A stretch of DNA of 64,000 nt, from positions 1-64,000 of the IMG/VR virus record IMGVR_UViG_3300010399_000035; one strand, written 5' to 3'. Position 1 is the first letter of the stretch, and each line of letters starts with the position of its first letter. The translations under genes were made by a program, and so were the position numbers. This document shows positions 1 through 9,383 of the stretch, one piece after another. The notes beneath the pieces were generated by a model. The model worked only from the letters and a program-made list of their open reading frames with translations, ran no database searches and was not told the origin of the DNA. The stretch is from a virus.

Positions 1-245
1 ACGAGAGTTTCGAATCGGACGAGGTTGCACGAACCGGAATGGTGCCGCTGCCATCGCCCGAAGAAAAGGTAGTTGGAGGCCACTGCTGCGTCGTTGCTGG
101 ATATCGTACCGACTGGCGAACTTTCAAGGTTCGCAACTCGTGGGGTGCCGATTGGGGTCGTCAAGGCTACTGCCATATCCCCTTCGAGTATTTACTCAAC
201 AACGATTTGGCGTCGGATTTCTGGGTCGTAAGAATCGTTAAATAG
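1..245 (+). CDS. Papain-like C1 cysteine peptidase, C-terminal part (5' truncated by window edge)
   Basis: GGHCCVVAGY (catalytic His) and VRNSWGADWGRQGY (catalytic Asn) signature; frame is open back to the window start. Confidence 0.85.
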   Translation, partial: ESFESDEVARTGMVPLPSPEEKVVGGHCCVVAGYRTDWRTFKVRNSWGADWGRQGYCHIPFEYLLNNDLASDFWVVRIVK

Positions 246-279
246 CCCTACGCTACATAAGCAGGTGTATAAATATATA

Positions 280-735
280 ATGGCTCTTCCCTTTAAACCC
301 GAGATTAAAGCGAGCATCATACGCCGGATGAAGGATGGCGAAGCAGTCTCAGACTTAGCCCGCGAGTTCCGTATCCTGCCCGGCACGATCCGCAACTGGC
401 TCAAAGCGGAGCAACTGGACCTCAAAGGCCTCAGTGCTAAGGAAAACGGTCAGGTCTTAGACGAGGCTATTTTCGACTATGTCGTAACGGCCCTCGAATG
501 CTTGACGATTCAAGCCCAAGTGTTTTCAGATGAAAGTTATCTCAAAACCCAATCAGCAGAGTCCAACGCTGTCCTCCATGGTGTCGTGGCGGACAAAGCG
601 ATTCGTATTCTCGAAGCAACCTCAGCCGTTGCACCAGAGAGCGACGGACTCAGCCTCGAGGATTTCGGGAACGAGGCTTTCCCCAACCACTACGAACCAG
701 CAACGGCAACTAGCGCAGTTGAAGCCGGAGCTTAG
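280..735 (+). CDS. Putative terminase small subunit (N-terminal HTH)
   Basis: HTH-like AVSDLAREFRILPGTIRNW; immediately upstream of and overlapping TerL. Confidence 0.65.
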   Translation: MALPFKPEIKASIIRRMKDGEAVSDLAREFRILPGTIRNWLKAEQLDLKGLSAKENGQVLDEAIFDYVVTALECLTIQAQVFSDESYLKTQSAESNAVLHGVVADKAIRILEATSAVAPESDGLSLEDFGNEAFPNHYEPATATSAVEAGA

Positions 736-2203
736 CCTTCGCGCCTTCATTAAGCTAGCGTGGCACGTCGTGGAGCCAGGGAATCAGTTTGTGCCAAATT
801 GGCACTTGGACTGCATTAGCGAACATCTGGAGGCGTGCACCTTCGGGCAATTGCGCTCGCTGATCATCAACATGCCACCTAGGTGCATGAAATCCCTCAG
901 CGTGGCCGTTTTCTGGCCAGCATGGGTATGGACTTTCCGTCCAGGGAGCCGCTGGCTGTTCGCTAGTTACTCCGAAGCCTTCTCCACGCGCGACAGCATG
1001 AAGTGTCGCCGCGTGATTAAGAGCGACTGGTACCAACGTAGGTTCGGCCACATCTATACCATATCCCGCGACCAGGACGCGAAGATGAGGTTCGAGAACT
1101 CCGCTGCTGGGTTCCGGCTGGCTTCTTCCGTGGCAGGTATGGGCACTGGCGAAGGCGGAGACTTCATCTGCCCGGACGACCCTCACAAAGTGAAGGAAGC
1201 GGAATCCGACGTGATTCGTCAAGGCGTAGTAGATTGGTGGTTCGAGACTATGCCCACTCGTTTCATTGATCCGAAGACCGTAGTGAAAGTTGTCACTATG
1301 CAGCGGATCAAGGAGAACGACCTCAGCGGAGAGATCCTCTCCAGAGAATTGGGCTATGAACATCTTTGCCTCCCGATGCGTTACGAGGAGGGTAGGACGT
1401 TCTACGAAGTACCGATCAAGCTGGAAAACGGTAAGCGGGCTAGCGCGGATGGTACAGAGCTACCGAAGGATGCCATCATAGGAACCACGCTGCAACGACT
1501 CCGCCCTGAACTCCGTGATCCACGTAAGGAAGATGGAGAATTGCTATGGCCGCAGCGCCTAGACGAACTGTCGGTGTTGCAGATGGAGGGTTCCCTCCTT
1601 GAATACGGTACGGCCGGACAGCTGCAACAGCGCCCCGCCCCACGTGGCGGAGGCATGCTGCAACGAGATTGGTTCAAGCTGGTGAAGGCCGTGCCCCGCG
1701 ATAGCAAGTTCGTGCGCTACTGGGACAAGGCGGGAACCGAAGGCGGCACTGGGGCACGGACTGCAGGCGTGCTGATGGCGAAGTATCCGGACGGGCGTTA
1801 CTGCGTAGTGGACGTGGTGAAGGGTCGGTGGGGTGCTACGGGCCGCGAACAAGTGATCGTTCAGACTGCCGAACTGGATGCCAGAATGTACGGTCGCGTG
1901 GAGACCTGGATCGAACAGGAACCAGGCAGCGGTGGGAAGGAATCTGCTGAGCTAACCATTCGCGCCTTGGCAGGTTATATAATCTACGCGGAGATTGTCC
2001 GAGGCGACAAGGTCACGCGTGCGGAACCGTTCTGCTCCCAGGCCAAAGCGAAGAACGTTGATATCATGGATGGTCTGTGGAACATAGAATACTTTGGCGA
2101 GATGGAATCCTTCCCCAACGGACGCTTGAAGGATCAAATCGACGGCACCAGCGGAGCCTTCAACAAACTCGCTCCGCCCAAACTGGAGTGGATTACCCAT
2201 TAA
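530..2203 (+). CDS. terL: Terminase large subunit (start uncertain: 530, 578, 629 or 719)
   Basis: INMPPRCMKS Walker A variant, ICPDDP Walker B, RYWDKA nuclease motif, LKDQIDG C-terminal motif. Confidence 0.93.
   Translation: MKVISKPNQQSPTLSSMVSWRTKRFVFSKQPQPLHQRATDSASRISGTRLSPTTTNQQRQLAQLKPELSLRAFIKLAWHVVEPGNQFVPNWHLDCISEHLEACTFGQLRSLIINMPPRCMKSLSVAVFWPAWVWTFRPGSRWLFASYSEAFSTRDSMKCRRVIKSDWYQRRFGHIYTISRDQDAKMRFENSAAGFRLASSVAGMGTGEGGDFICPDDPHKVKEAESDVIRQGVVDWWFETMPTRFIDPKTVVKVVTMQRIKENDLSGEILSRELGYEHLCLPMRYEEGRTFYEVPIKLENGKRASADGTELPKDAIIGTTLQRLRPELRDPRKEDGELLWPQRLDELSVLQMEGSLLEYGTAGQLQQRPAPRGGGMLQRDWFKLVKAVPRDSKFVRYWDKAGTEGGTGARTAGVLMAKYPDGRYCVVDVVKGRWGATGREQVIVQTAELDARMYGRVETWIEQEPGSGGKESAELTIRALAGYIIYAEIVRGDKVTRAEPFCSQAKAKNVDIMDGLWNIEYFGEMESFPNGRLKDQIDGTSGAFNKLAPPKLEWITH
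1326..1354 (+). repeat. Dispersed motif copy (in terL)
   Basis: GCGGAGAGATCCTCTCCAGAGAATTGGGC. Confidence 0.7.
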
Positions 2204-2258
2204 CCAACCACATATACCACCCCTTCCAGAAAACTACGTCGGCCCCACCCACATTCAA

Positions 2259-2543
2259 ATGGGCGGGGTGGACTCGTTCGGCAATCCGGTTGGCCCTGGG
2301 TATCCCTTCGAAGCCCACGTGGAACCACCCGGACCCGTCGCTGTAGATCCAGATACTCTGATTGATGGCACCGGGGAACGGATACCTGCACGCTCTCCAG
2401 AAAACGCGGGGCTTTCGCCAGCCGCAATCGGCACGATAGCGGCGCTAACCTTGCCACTCGTAGCAATCGTTTATATCACGGTTTTCGTGAAACTGTTTAC
2501 TTGGATGCTTATTGCGTTTACAGGACTGCGTGTGGTTCTCTAG
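2259..2543 (+). CDS. Small membrane protein
   Basis: Hydrophobic C-terminal half; lies between terL and portal. Confidence 0.45.
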   Translation: MGGVDSFGNPVGPGYPFEAHVEPPGPVAVDPDTLIDGTGERIPARSPENAGLSPAAIGTIAALTLPLVAIVYITVFVKLFTWMLIAFTGLRVVL

Positions 2544-2568
2544 GCGCCTATACATATACCACTACCTC

Positions 2569-4608
2569 ATGGGCTTCCTCTCACGCGCACTCACCCAACT
2601 TGGCAACGAAATTAAGGCTAACGTAAAAGTACCGTTCTCCATCTACGGCTCCTTGGGCCAAGGCGACGCGGGGATGGGCTATACCTCCTCGCGGGACATA
2701 GGCTACCTCTTCACCACGAACCCAGGAGCGCAGTACGACTACCTGACAGCTGCTGGTAATCTAGCCGAGAACTCCGTGGTAGCGGCGGCTAGCGAAGCTA
2801 TAGCTCGTGCATTGCCGGATGCACCCCCAATCCTGGAAGTCAAGAACAAGAAGGGCAAATGGGAATCCGCTGGGGACCACGAAGTATTGGACTTCCTTGG
2901 TTGGCCCAACGGCGCTCCCGACAAGGACGTTCGCGGGTACTCCGCAGCCCACCTTTGGGCGGCTACCATCCGCTCCGAGTATACGAACGGTAATGGCTTC
3001 TGGCGACTGGTGGTGGCCCGCGATGGCACTCCCCTTGAAGCCTGGTGGGAACCGTTCATGTCGCCCCGCTACAATAAGACGGAGTTCATCCAAGACTACG
3101 TGATTTACGTGGATGGCAAGCCCTACTACTTGCCAGTCGAACAAGTAGTCCACTTCCGCTTAGCGCTGAACCCATACAACTCGCGCTGGGGCTACACCCC
3201 ACTGTATACGGCTGTACGCCACGTAGACGGCGACAACCGAGCAGCCACGTTCCATACCGCGCTGCTCCGAAACGGAGCAGTGGGTTCGTACAGCGTATCG
3301 CTCAACGACTCCGCTGACTATGCCAAGGCGGGTATCACGCCCAAGCAATTCGACGCGACCTTAGCCAAGTGGGAGAAGCGACTACGTGGCGAGGGTGCGG
3401 GGCGAATGATCTCCAGTTCGCTGCCAGTGAAGATTGATAAGTTGGACTATTCGCCCAACGACCTGATGCTGGATAAGTTGGTGGCCTACTATGAATCCAG
3501 GATTTGCGCCGTGTTGGGCATCCCAGCGATGGTGATTGGCATATCTTCTGGAGACAGTACCAAGACCTATTCGAACTACGAAGAAGCACTGAAGGACTTC
3601 TGGCAGCGGACGATCAAGCCGCTTAACGGACTGCATGCTTCGGAGTTGGGAGCGCAGTTACTACCGCTGTTCGGCCTTAGCCCATCCGAGTATCGTATTA
3701 ACTGGGACTACAGCAACGTATCCGCTCTACAAGAATCCGTGGACGCAGTGCATACGCGGGCGCGAGCCAACTGGCAAGCAGACGGCATCACCCTGAACGA
3801 GTTCCGAGGCCACATCGGCGAAGAGACGAAACCGGAATTCGAGGATGTGTGGTACACCAACCAAGGTCCGAAGGAGATAAGTTCCTTCGACCCAAACGAC
3901 CCATCCAACCAGCCGCCCACACCCACCCCAACCCCACTCCCAAGCGGAGCATCCTCTCCAGAAGATGGGCCAACAACTCAAACTGACGAGGAGCAGTTGG
4001 CTGCGTTAGATAAGGGCGCGACGAAGTCGGAAGACGAACCACGCGACGAACATGGTAGGTGGACTTCGGAAGGCGACGACTCCACCACTCCTACTGAAGT
4101 CATAGCGCCACGCCCCGATACCAACCAGCCAACTTCCCGCTCCGAACTCTCCAAGTTGAACCACAAAGTCTCCACGAGGGAGAAGCAGCAATACGCGGAG
4201 CAGAACGAAGTCGACTTGGCGAAGCATCTAGGTGGATACTCCCTGGAAGATAACGAGCCGCCGGACATCATCGTACCGAATAAGTCCGGTAAGGGTCACC
4301 AGCCTATAGAGCTCAAGACGATGCTGGACAACGACCGCGATCGCATTACGTTGCATGCGGATTCCCTCGCTCGCAAGCAGCAGTATGCACAGGATAACAA
4401 AACGACGTTCCATACGGTGGTATTGGACCACCGCGATCGGTTCGCTGGAGGCGTGAACGCCCACCAGCACTCCGGGCACGAGATCTACTATCGACGGGGG
4501 CTAGGCAGCTACAAGCTGTCTGCAATGTACAAGGTGAAGGACCACGCCGAGTTGAACAAGCTAATCCATATGAGCAACAGCAAACTTCCGCTAGGAGCGC
4601 GACCATGA
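2569..4608 (+). CDS. HK97-type portal protein with C-terminal extension (Pro linker, cargo tag, PD-(D/E)xK-like domain)
   Basis: VVHFR, GYTPL, ICAVLGIP, TYSNYEE, ITLNEFR portal motifs; then TKSEDEPRDEHGRWT and EPPDIIV...IELKT. Confidence 0.9.
   Translation: MGFLSRALTQLGNEIKANVKVPFSIYGSLGQGDAGMGYTSSRDIGYLFTTNPGAQYDYLTAAGNLAENSVVAAASEAIARALPDAPPILEVKNKKGKWESAGDHEVLDFLGWPNGAPDKDVRGYSAAHLWAATIRSEYTNGNGFWRLVVARDGTPLEAWWEPFMSPRYNKTEFIQDYVIYVDGKPYYLPVEQVVHFRLALNPYNSRWGYTPLYTAVRHVDGDNRAATFHTALLRNGAVGSYSVSLNDSADYAKAGITPKQFDATLAKWEKRLRGEGAGRMISSSLPVKIDKLDYSPNDLMLDKLVAYYESRICAVLGIPAMVIGISSGDSTKTYSNYEEALKDFWQRTIKPLNGLHASELGAQLLPLFGLSPSEYRINWDYSNVSALQESVDAVHTRARANWQADGITLNEFRGHIGEETKPEFEDVWYTNQGPKEISSFDPNDPSNQPPTPTPTPLPSGASSPEDGPTTQTDEEQLAALDKGATKSEDEPRDEHGRWTSEGDDSTTPTEVIAPRPDTNQPTSRSELSKLNHKVSTREKQQYAEQNEVDLAKHLGGYSLEDNEPPDIIVPNKSGKGHQPIELKTMLDNDRDRITLHADSLARKQQYAQDNKTTFHTVVLDHRDRFAGGVNAHQHSGHEIYYRRGLGSYKLSAMYKVKDHAELNKLIHMSNSKLPLGARP
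3944..3971 (+). repeat. Dispersed motif copy (portal linker)
   Basis: GCGGAGCATCCTCTCCAGAAGATGGGCC. Confidence 0.9.
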
Positions 4609-5789
4609 CTTACGAAGCATATCTCAACGGCGAGTATGCCGGTCCCGCTGCTACGGTTAAGGGATGGGGGAACTTTGGTAGGTGGACAAGATGCTTGCCA
4701 GAAGACCAGTACCCAACGCTTAGCGAACTAGAGAAAAGTGGACGCATATCGAACGCCCATCTTCTGGCAGGAGAGCTCCGCCAGGGCATGCAGCAATTCC
4801 CGCCCCGCGAAGCGGTGCGGTCCACGGCGGAAGGATTGCTGGGATATGTAGGGGATGCCAGCGAAGGCGCGGTGTTGGAGATTAGCGATGGGACGGCGGA
4901 TGATGCGGACAACTCCGATCCAGGAGAGACTAAATCCGTAGATGACGAACCAAGGGACGAACGAGGCAGGTGGACGAGTGCTGGGTCCGACCAAGAAAAT
5001 AGAGTTTCTGAATTTTCTGCTGAGCAAGGAGGAAAACACTATGACTCTATAGTACTTCCACCTAGGACGGACGGCCCTAATGTGAAGTATACTGGTCCGG
5101 GCGAGTTCGACTATGAGCTAAAGACAGAGGATGGGAGTGATAGGCTAGCTTCCAACTATAGAGCTATATACCCGGACGAGCCTCACACAGTCAGAGATAT
5201 AACATGGCCTCAGATTTACGGAAAAGGTGGTGGGGCGGTAGATACTAGTCCAGAGAACCCAAGGGTCCCGGAACAAGTATTTAAGTTTTGGGCTACTAGC
5301 GGATTTCCTGTAAACCAGAAGAATGGTATTAACCCCCACCATCATCTAATTCGTGCTGCAGCCGATAGAATACTAGGAATTCATTCTACGTCTCCAGACC
5401 CAAAAGATTTTGGCAAGACCCTAAAGCCTGAGGAATACGATAACTTGGCTAGGAAACTGATAGAAGGTATCAAACAATCACCTGCCGAGCAACCTACTCT
5501 ATGGCGTGGTATAGGCTCTGACCAACTTAAGGCACTAGAGTCGGCTAGTCCTGGAGACGAAGTACAGTGGTCTCTCGCATCTACGAGCAGGGATCCGAAT
5601 ATAGCTTCTACGTACTCTACTTCAGGTATATTGAGAATAAAGTCCGGATCTAAGGGCATAGCAGTCAGAAGTCACTACCCACAGGATCAAGAAGTGATCT
5701 CCGGAGGCAGATATAAGATTCTTGGGTTCTCGAAAACGAGAGACGGAGTTACTGTAGTGGATGTAGAGCAGACAGGAGTTCATCAGTGA
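4605..5789 (+). CDS. Head-module polyprotein: unknown N-domain, cargo tag, ADP-ribosyltransferase-like domain
   Basis: LWRG, ASTSRD and QDQEVI give the R-S-E ART triad; ATGA overlap with portal. Confidence 0.7.
   Translation: MTYEAYLNGEYAGPAATVKGWGNFGRWTRCLPEDQYPTLSELEKSGRISNAHLLAGELRQGMQQFPPREAVRSTAEGLLGYVGDASEGAVLEISDGTADDADNSDPGETKSVDDEPRDERGRWTSAGSDQENRVSEFSAEQGGKHYDSIVLPPRTDGPNVKYTGPGEFDYELKTEDGSDRLASNYRAIYPDEPHTVRDITWPQIYGKGGGAVDTSPENPRVPEQVFKFWATSGFPVNQKNGINPHHHLIRAAADRILGIHSTSPDPKDFGKTLKPEEYDNLARKLIEGIKQSPAEQPTLWRGIGSDQLKALESASPGDEVQWSLASTSRDPNIASTYSTSGILRIKSGSKGIAVRSHYPQDQEVISGGRYKILGFSKTRDGVTVVDVEQTGVHQ
4755..4781 (-). repeat. Dispersed motif copy
   Basis: rc GCGGAGCTCTCCTGCCAGAAGATGGGC. 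Confidence 0.85.
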
Positions 5790-8281
5790 TAATCAGTCTC
5801 TCTGGTCTAGATAGCAGACAGCGGATTCCCGTAGTTCCGTTACCATCAATGGAGTTGAAGTCCTTCAACGGCTACTCCTACGCCTCCACGCAGGTGAATC
5901 TCCCCGAACCACTCGCAAGCCAAATCACGGATTGGGCCGCAGCCAATATCCCTGCCGATTCGCTGCACCCCGAATCCCAGGGTCAAGACGTGCCCCACAT
6001 CACTGTAAAGTACGGAATATTGGATGACTCGCCAGCGAGTTCGGAGGCGGCATTGAAGTTTACGGGTCCACTACAGGCTACGCTCCGCGCAATGAAGGTA
6101 TTCCGCTTTTCGCCTAACTATGACGTCCTCGTAATCGCTGTAGACAGTCCTGACCTGCACAATGCGAACAGCACGTTGAAGGCGTCTGTACCAACCGTAG
6201 ATACGTTCCCCACCTACGATCCCCACGTGACGGTGGCTTACGTTAAGAAGGGCGAAGGGGAGGCGTTCGATGGGAATGCCGAGTTTTCTGGGCAGGATCT
6301 GCAGTTCGGTAGCGTGATATTCAGTTCGAAGGATGGGCAGGAGTATGAAATCCCGTTGAATGGATACGACTTCTATTCGCCATACTCCTCCGATCCAGAA
6401 GATGCGCCTGACTTCCAATTAGATCCGACAGCAGTAAAGTACTCCGACGATGAGCCCCGCGATGACTCTGGTAAGTGGACCGCTGGAGGCTCCGAACCGA
6501 CCCACGAAGTAGACCCAAACTCCGCGCCGTATCCCAGCAACATAGCTATACAATCGGCGTTCGACGGAGGTCTCTCCAAGGATGAGTACCTCGAGCTAGC
6601 TAAAGATACGCCACGGCTACGCAACGAAGCCCAAGACTACGAAACCTTCGAGAAGGCGAATGATGATTGGGTGCGGAACGCTTCTGGAGAAGCGAAGACG
6701 GAAGTGGCCCATATTCTGGCGACGAACTCAGCGGTACGGACGCTATCCCTCCACGACGCCTGGCAGCAATCTGCTAAAGCGGGAGAGAAGTTCAGCGATT
6801 GGTTGGATCGGCCCCAAGAATTGCACCGCTACGGGTCGTTGTCCGGAGATCTAGTGTCCTTCGCGGCATCGGAAGCCAGAGCGAAGGATGCCTCTGGAGG
6901 CGAAGGCACTGGTGGCCACTCCACGGTACGGTTGGCTCCGAAGTATTGGTTGGGAGCGGGGCGGGGAATGGGCGAAGTGTACGTTGATCCCTCCATTCTT
7001 CGCAATGCTTCCGAGACCAAATCATGGGAAGACGAACCCCGCGACGAATCCGGCAAGTGGACCACTGGCGATGCAGACACCGACCGCAAGCTAGCCGCAC
7101 TGCGTTGGGAGGGGCGCAAGCTACGCGAGACGCTGAAGACTCACGAAGCGAAGCTGAAGGACGCCCGCTCACGCGGCGACGAAGCTGCCATTAAGGAGCA
7201 CGACGCCAACCACCGCCGCACCGCTATAGAACTGCGCAAGCTACGCGAGCAACACCATCAGTTGGCAGGCAAGAAAGAATATAAGAATCCGTACGAGAAA
7301 CGAGCGACGGACAAGGGTAGCGGAGACTCGCTCCAGAAGAGTGGGCCAACTTCGAAGCCAGAGGCCCAAGCAGTCAGGGAGCAAATACTCTCTGAATACA
7401 AATCTGTTTCGGATAATCTAGAGAAGCTTGGATCTGATGTCGTGTCTCACCAAATGGCCCAAGGTATCCTCACTGCTCAGATCAAGCAGATGCAAGATGA
7501 GAACGACGAAACTCCAAAGTATTCAGTTAGCCAAATGCTGGATCGTCTTCGTCCACTACAGGACAAGCGAAGCGAACACTATGAACAAATGACGGTCGCT
7601 CAAGGTAAGATAAACGAACTGAACAAGAGCTTAACCGATAAGCTTCGACAGCACTTGTATCAACCAGTATCAGTCAATGACTACAAACCGTATATCAGCA
7701 ACGAACTGCGGCCAAAAGAGCACCACATACAAGCAGGATTAGATTCATTTCACAGACTGGCTGGGGATTCTATACCCGCTCCTAAAGGCATTGCGTTCCA
7801 GAAAACCAAAGGTAAGGAACGATCCAACGCTACAGCCGCTCAAGTTTCTCTGGATCCCAACGCTGAAGAGTCTGTAGTAGTGCACGAACTCGGTCATGTT
7901 CTGGAGAGCAACAATCCTCAGTTACACGAAGCAGCGGTGAAGTTCCTGGCGAAGCGGACGGCTGGGGAGAAGTTGGAGTCGCTAAAGAAAGTTACAGGAT
8001 TCCGATACGGAGCGCAAGAGAAGACGAGGAAAGATAAGTTCATCAACGCCTACATGGGCAAAGACTATACTCCTCAGTATTTTCAGGAATTACGCAAACA
8101 AGTACCCAAAGGCGAAATCCCTGTCGAGTACTATACAGACCCGAAAATAAACCAATATACCGAAATCATCTCTATGGGTCTGGAGTATATGCATTCCCAG
8201 CCTCATGTTCTGGCAGAGAAGGATCCGGAGTACTTTGACTTCATGTATAACGTATTAAGGGGCAATTACGATGCTGTTTGA
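5786..8281 (+). CDS. Polyvalent protein: 2H phosphoesterase (T4 57B/Acb1-like), tag, minimal ART-like domain, tag, zincin metallopeptidase
   Basis: HITVKYG and PHVTVAY (two HxT motifs); LHRYG..VSF..GEVYV; HELGH with downstream TEIISMG. Confidence 0.75.
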   Translation: MIISLSGLDSRQRIPVVPLPSMELKSFNGYSYASTQVNLPEPLASQITDWAAANIPADSLHPESQGQDVPHITVKYGILDDSPASSEAALKFTGPLQATLRAMKVFRFSPNYDVLVIAVDSPDLHNANSTLKASVPTVDTFPTYDPHVTVAYVKKGEGEAFDGNAEFSGQDLQFGSVIFSSKDGQEYEIPLNGYDFYSPYSSDPEDAPDFQLDPTAVKYSDDEPRDDSGKWTAGGSEPTHEVDPNSAPYPSNIAIQSAFDGGLSKDEYLELAKDTPRLRNEAQDYETFEKANDDWVRNASGEAKTEVAHILATNSAVRTLSLHDAWQQSAKAGEKFSDWLDRPQELHRYGSLSGDLVSFAASEARAKDASGGEGTGGHSTVRLAPKYWLGAGRGMGEVYVDPSILRNASETKSWEDEPRDESGKWTTGDADTDRKLAALRWEGRKLRETLKTHEAKLKDARSRGDEAAIKEHDANHRRTAIELRKLREQHHQLAGKKEYKNPYEKRATDKGSGDSLQKSGPTSKPEAQAVREQILSEYKSVSDNLEKLGSDVVSHQMAQGILTAQIKQMQDENDETPKYSVSQMLDRLRPLQDKRSEHYEQMTVAQGKINELNKSLTDKLRQHLYQPVSVNDYKPYISNELRPKEHHIQAGLDSFHRLAGDSIPAPKGIAFQKTKGKERSNATAAQVSLDPNAEESVVVHELGHVLESNNPQLHEAAVKFLAKRTAGEKLESLKKVTGFRYGAQEKTRKDKFINAYMGKDYTPQYFQELRKQVPKGEIPVEYYTDPKINQYTEIISMGLEYMHSQPHVLAEKDPEYFDFMYNVLRGNYDAV

Positions 8282-8322
8282 TTTGCCGAGCGTTGGCGGA
8301 CGGATTCGCGAAGGGGTTCATT

Positions 8323-8745
8323 ATGTCAGTTAAAGTACGCTTGGCCTCCGGCGAAGAAGCGATCGTGGACGGCTACGAATGGGTGGCGGCGGATCCCTCC
8401 TTGCGGCGAATGCTGAACTCCTTCCGCCAGCCATACGGCCCCTCCGCGAGCGACCCCGACCCGGACTATTCGCTGGCGGAAGCAGCCGTGAAGTTGTTCG
8501 GAGGGGAGATTATTAGTGCAGACCCACCGCTGGACCCACCCCAATATGGTAGCACTAGCGCCGAAGGCGCTGGTGTGGGGAGCGGAGCACTCTCCCCAGA
8601 GAACGGTCAAATAAAATCCACATCTCCTGACAGCGACGTACCCGACTTCACGGATCCCAACGTCCAGAAAAGTACCGCATCCGAATCCTATGCGCAAGCG
8701 TCTGCACCACTTAAAGAGCTCCTCGCGGCGGACGTGGTGGACTAG
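8323..8745 (+). CDS. Hypothetical protein (possible partner or immunity protein of the upstream zincin)
   Basis: ORF fills the gap in the head operon; ATG at 8323. Confidence 0.55.
   Translation: MSVKVRLASGEEAIVDGYEWVAADPSLRRMLNSFRQPYGPSASDPDPDYSLAEAAVKLFGGEIISADPPLDPPQYGSTSAEGAGVGSGALSPENGQIKSTSPDSDVPDFTDPNVQKSTASESYAQASAPLKELLAADVVD
8582..8608 (+). repeat. Dispersed motif copy
   Basis: GCGGAGCACTCTCCCCAGAGAACGGTC. Confidence 0.7.
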
Positions 8746-8747
8746 CT

Positions 8748-9380
8748 ATGGACTTCAAGCCAAAGAGTCTGCTGCGCTATTCGCGCAAGCTGCTGAAGTA
8801 CCTAGACCAGGACAATAAGGTGCTCTCCGCGAAGGCCGTGCGGAAGATAGTAGATGGCGATATAGAGGCTACCGCAGGTAGACTCTACTCTCTACTCCAA
8901 GACTTCCAGTCGGGCCAACTCAGTGAAGAACAGTTCCGTAAAGACTTCAAGAAGTCAGTGGCCAACCTTCATCTTGCTCACGTAGCCGCTGCTCAAGGCG
9001 GCTTCCGCAATATGACGCAAGCTGCCTGGGGCTTCGCGGGGCAGCGGATCCGACAGCAGTATGGGTACGTGGATGGGCTGGTTAGCGATATACAAGCAGG
9101 TAAGTTAAGCGGACCAAACGGCCTGGTCCGCATGAAATTATGGGCCTCCAGCGCGATGGATTCGTACGAGGCTATGCTTCAAAAAGTGCATAGTCCAACT
9201 GACTTCCCCTTCGCGGAGAACTTGTTGAACCAGCAGAACATTAGCGAGAAGAACTGCCCGATTTGCACCGGACTGACAGCCATTGGAATAACCGACCGCG
9301 ACGACATACCGCTCCCAGAAGACCGGCACTTCGGCTGCAATTGCGGCATTGCTTACCACCGTACGCTTGACGGAGATTGA
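8748..9380 (+). CDS. MuF/SPP1 gp7-like head morphogenesis protein
   Basis: C-terminal CPIC...HFGCNC metal-binding motif; position between portal and protease. Confidence 0.7.
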   Translation: MDFKPKSLLRYSRKLLKYLDQDNKVLSAKAVRKIVDGDIEATAGRLYSLLQDFQSGQLSEEQFRKDFKKSVANLHLAHVAAAQGGFRNMTQAAWGFAGQRIRQQYGYVDGLVSDIQAGKLSGPNGLVRMKLWASSAMDSYEAMLQKVHSPTDFPFAENLLNQQNISEKNCPICTGLTAIGITDRDDIPLPEDRHFGCNCGIAYHRTLDGD

Positions 9381-9383
9381 ATT

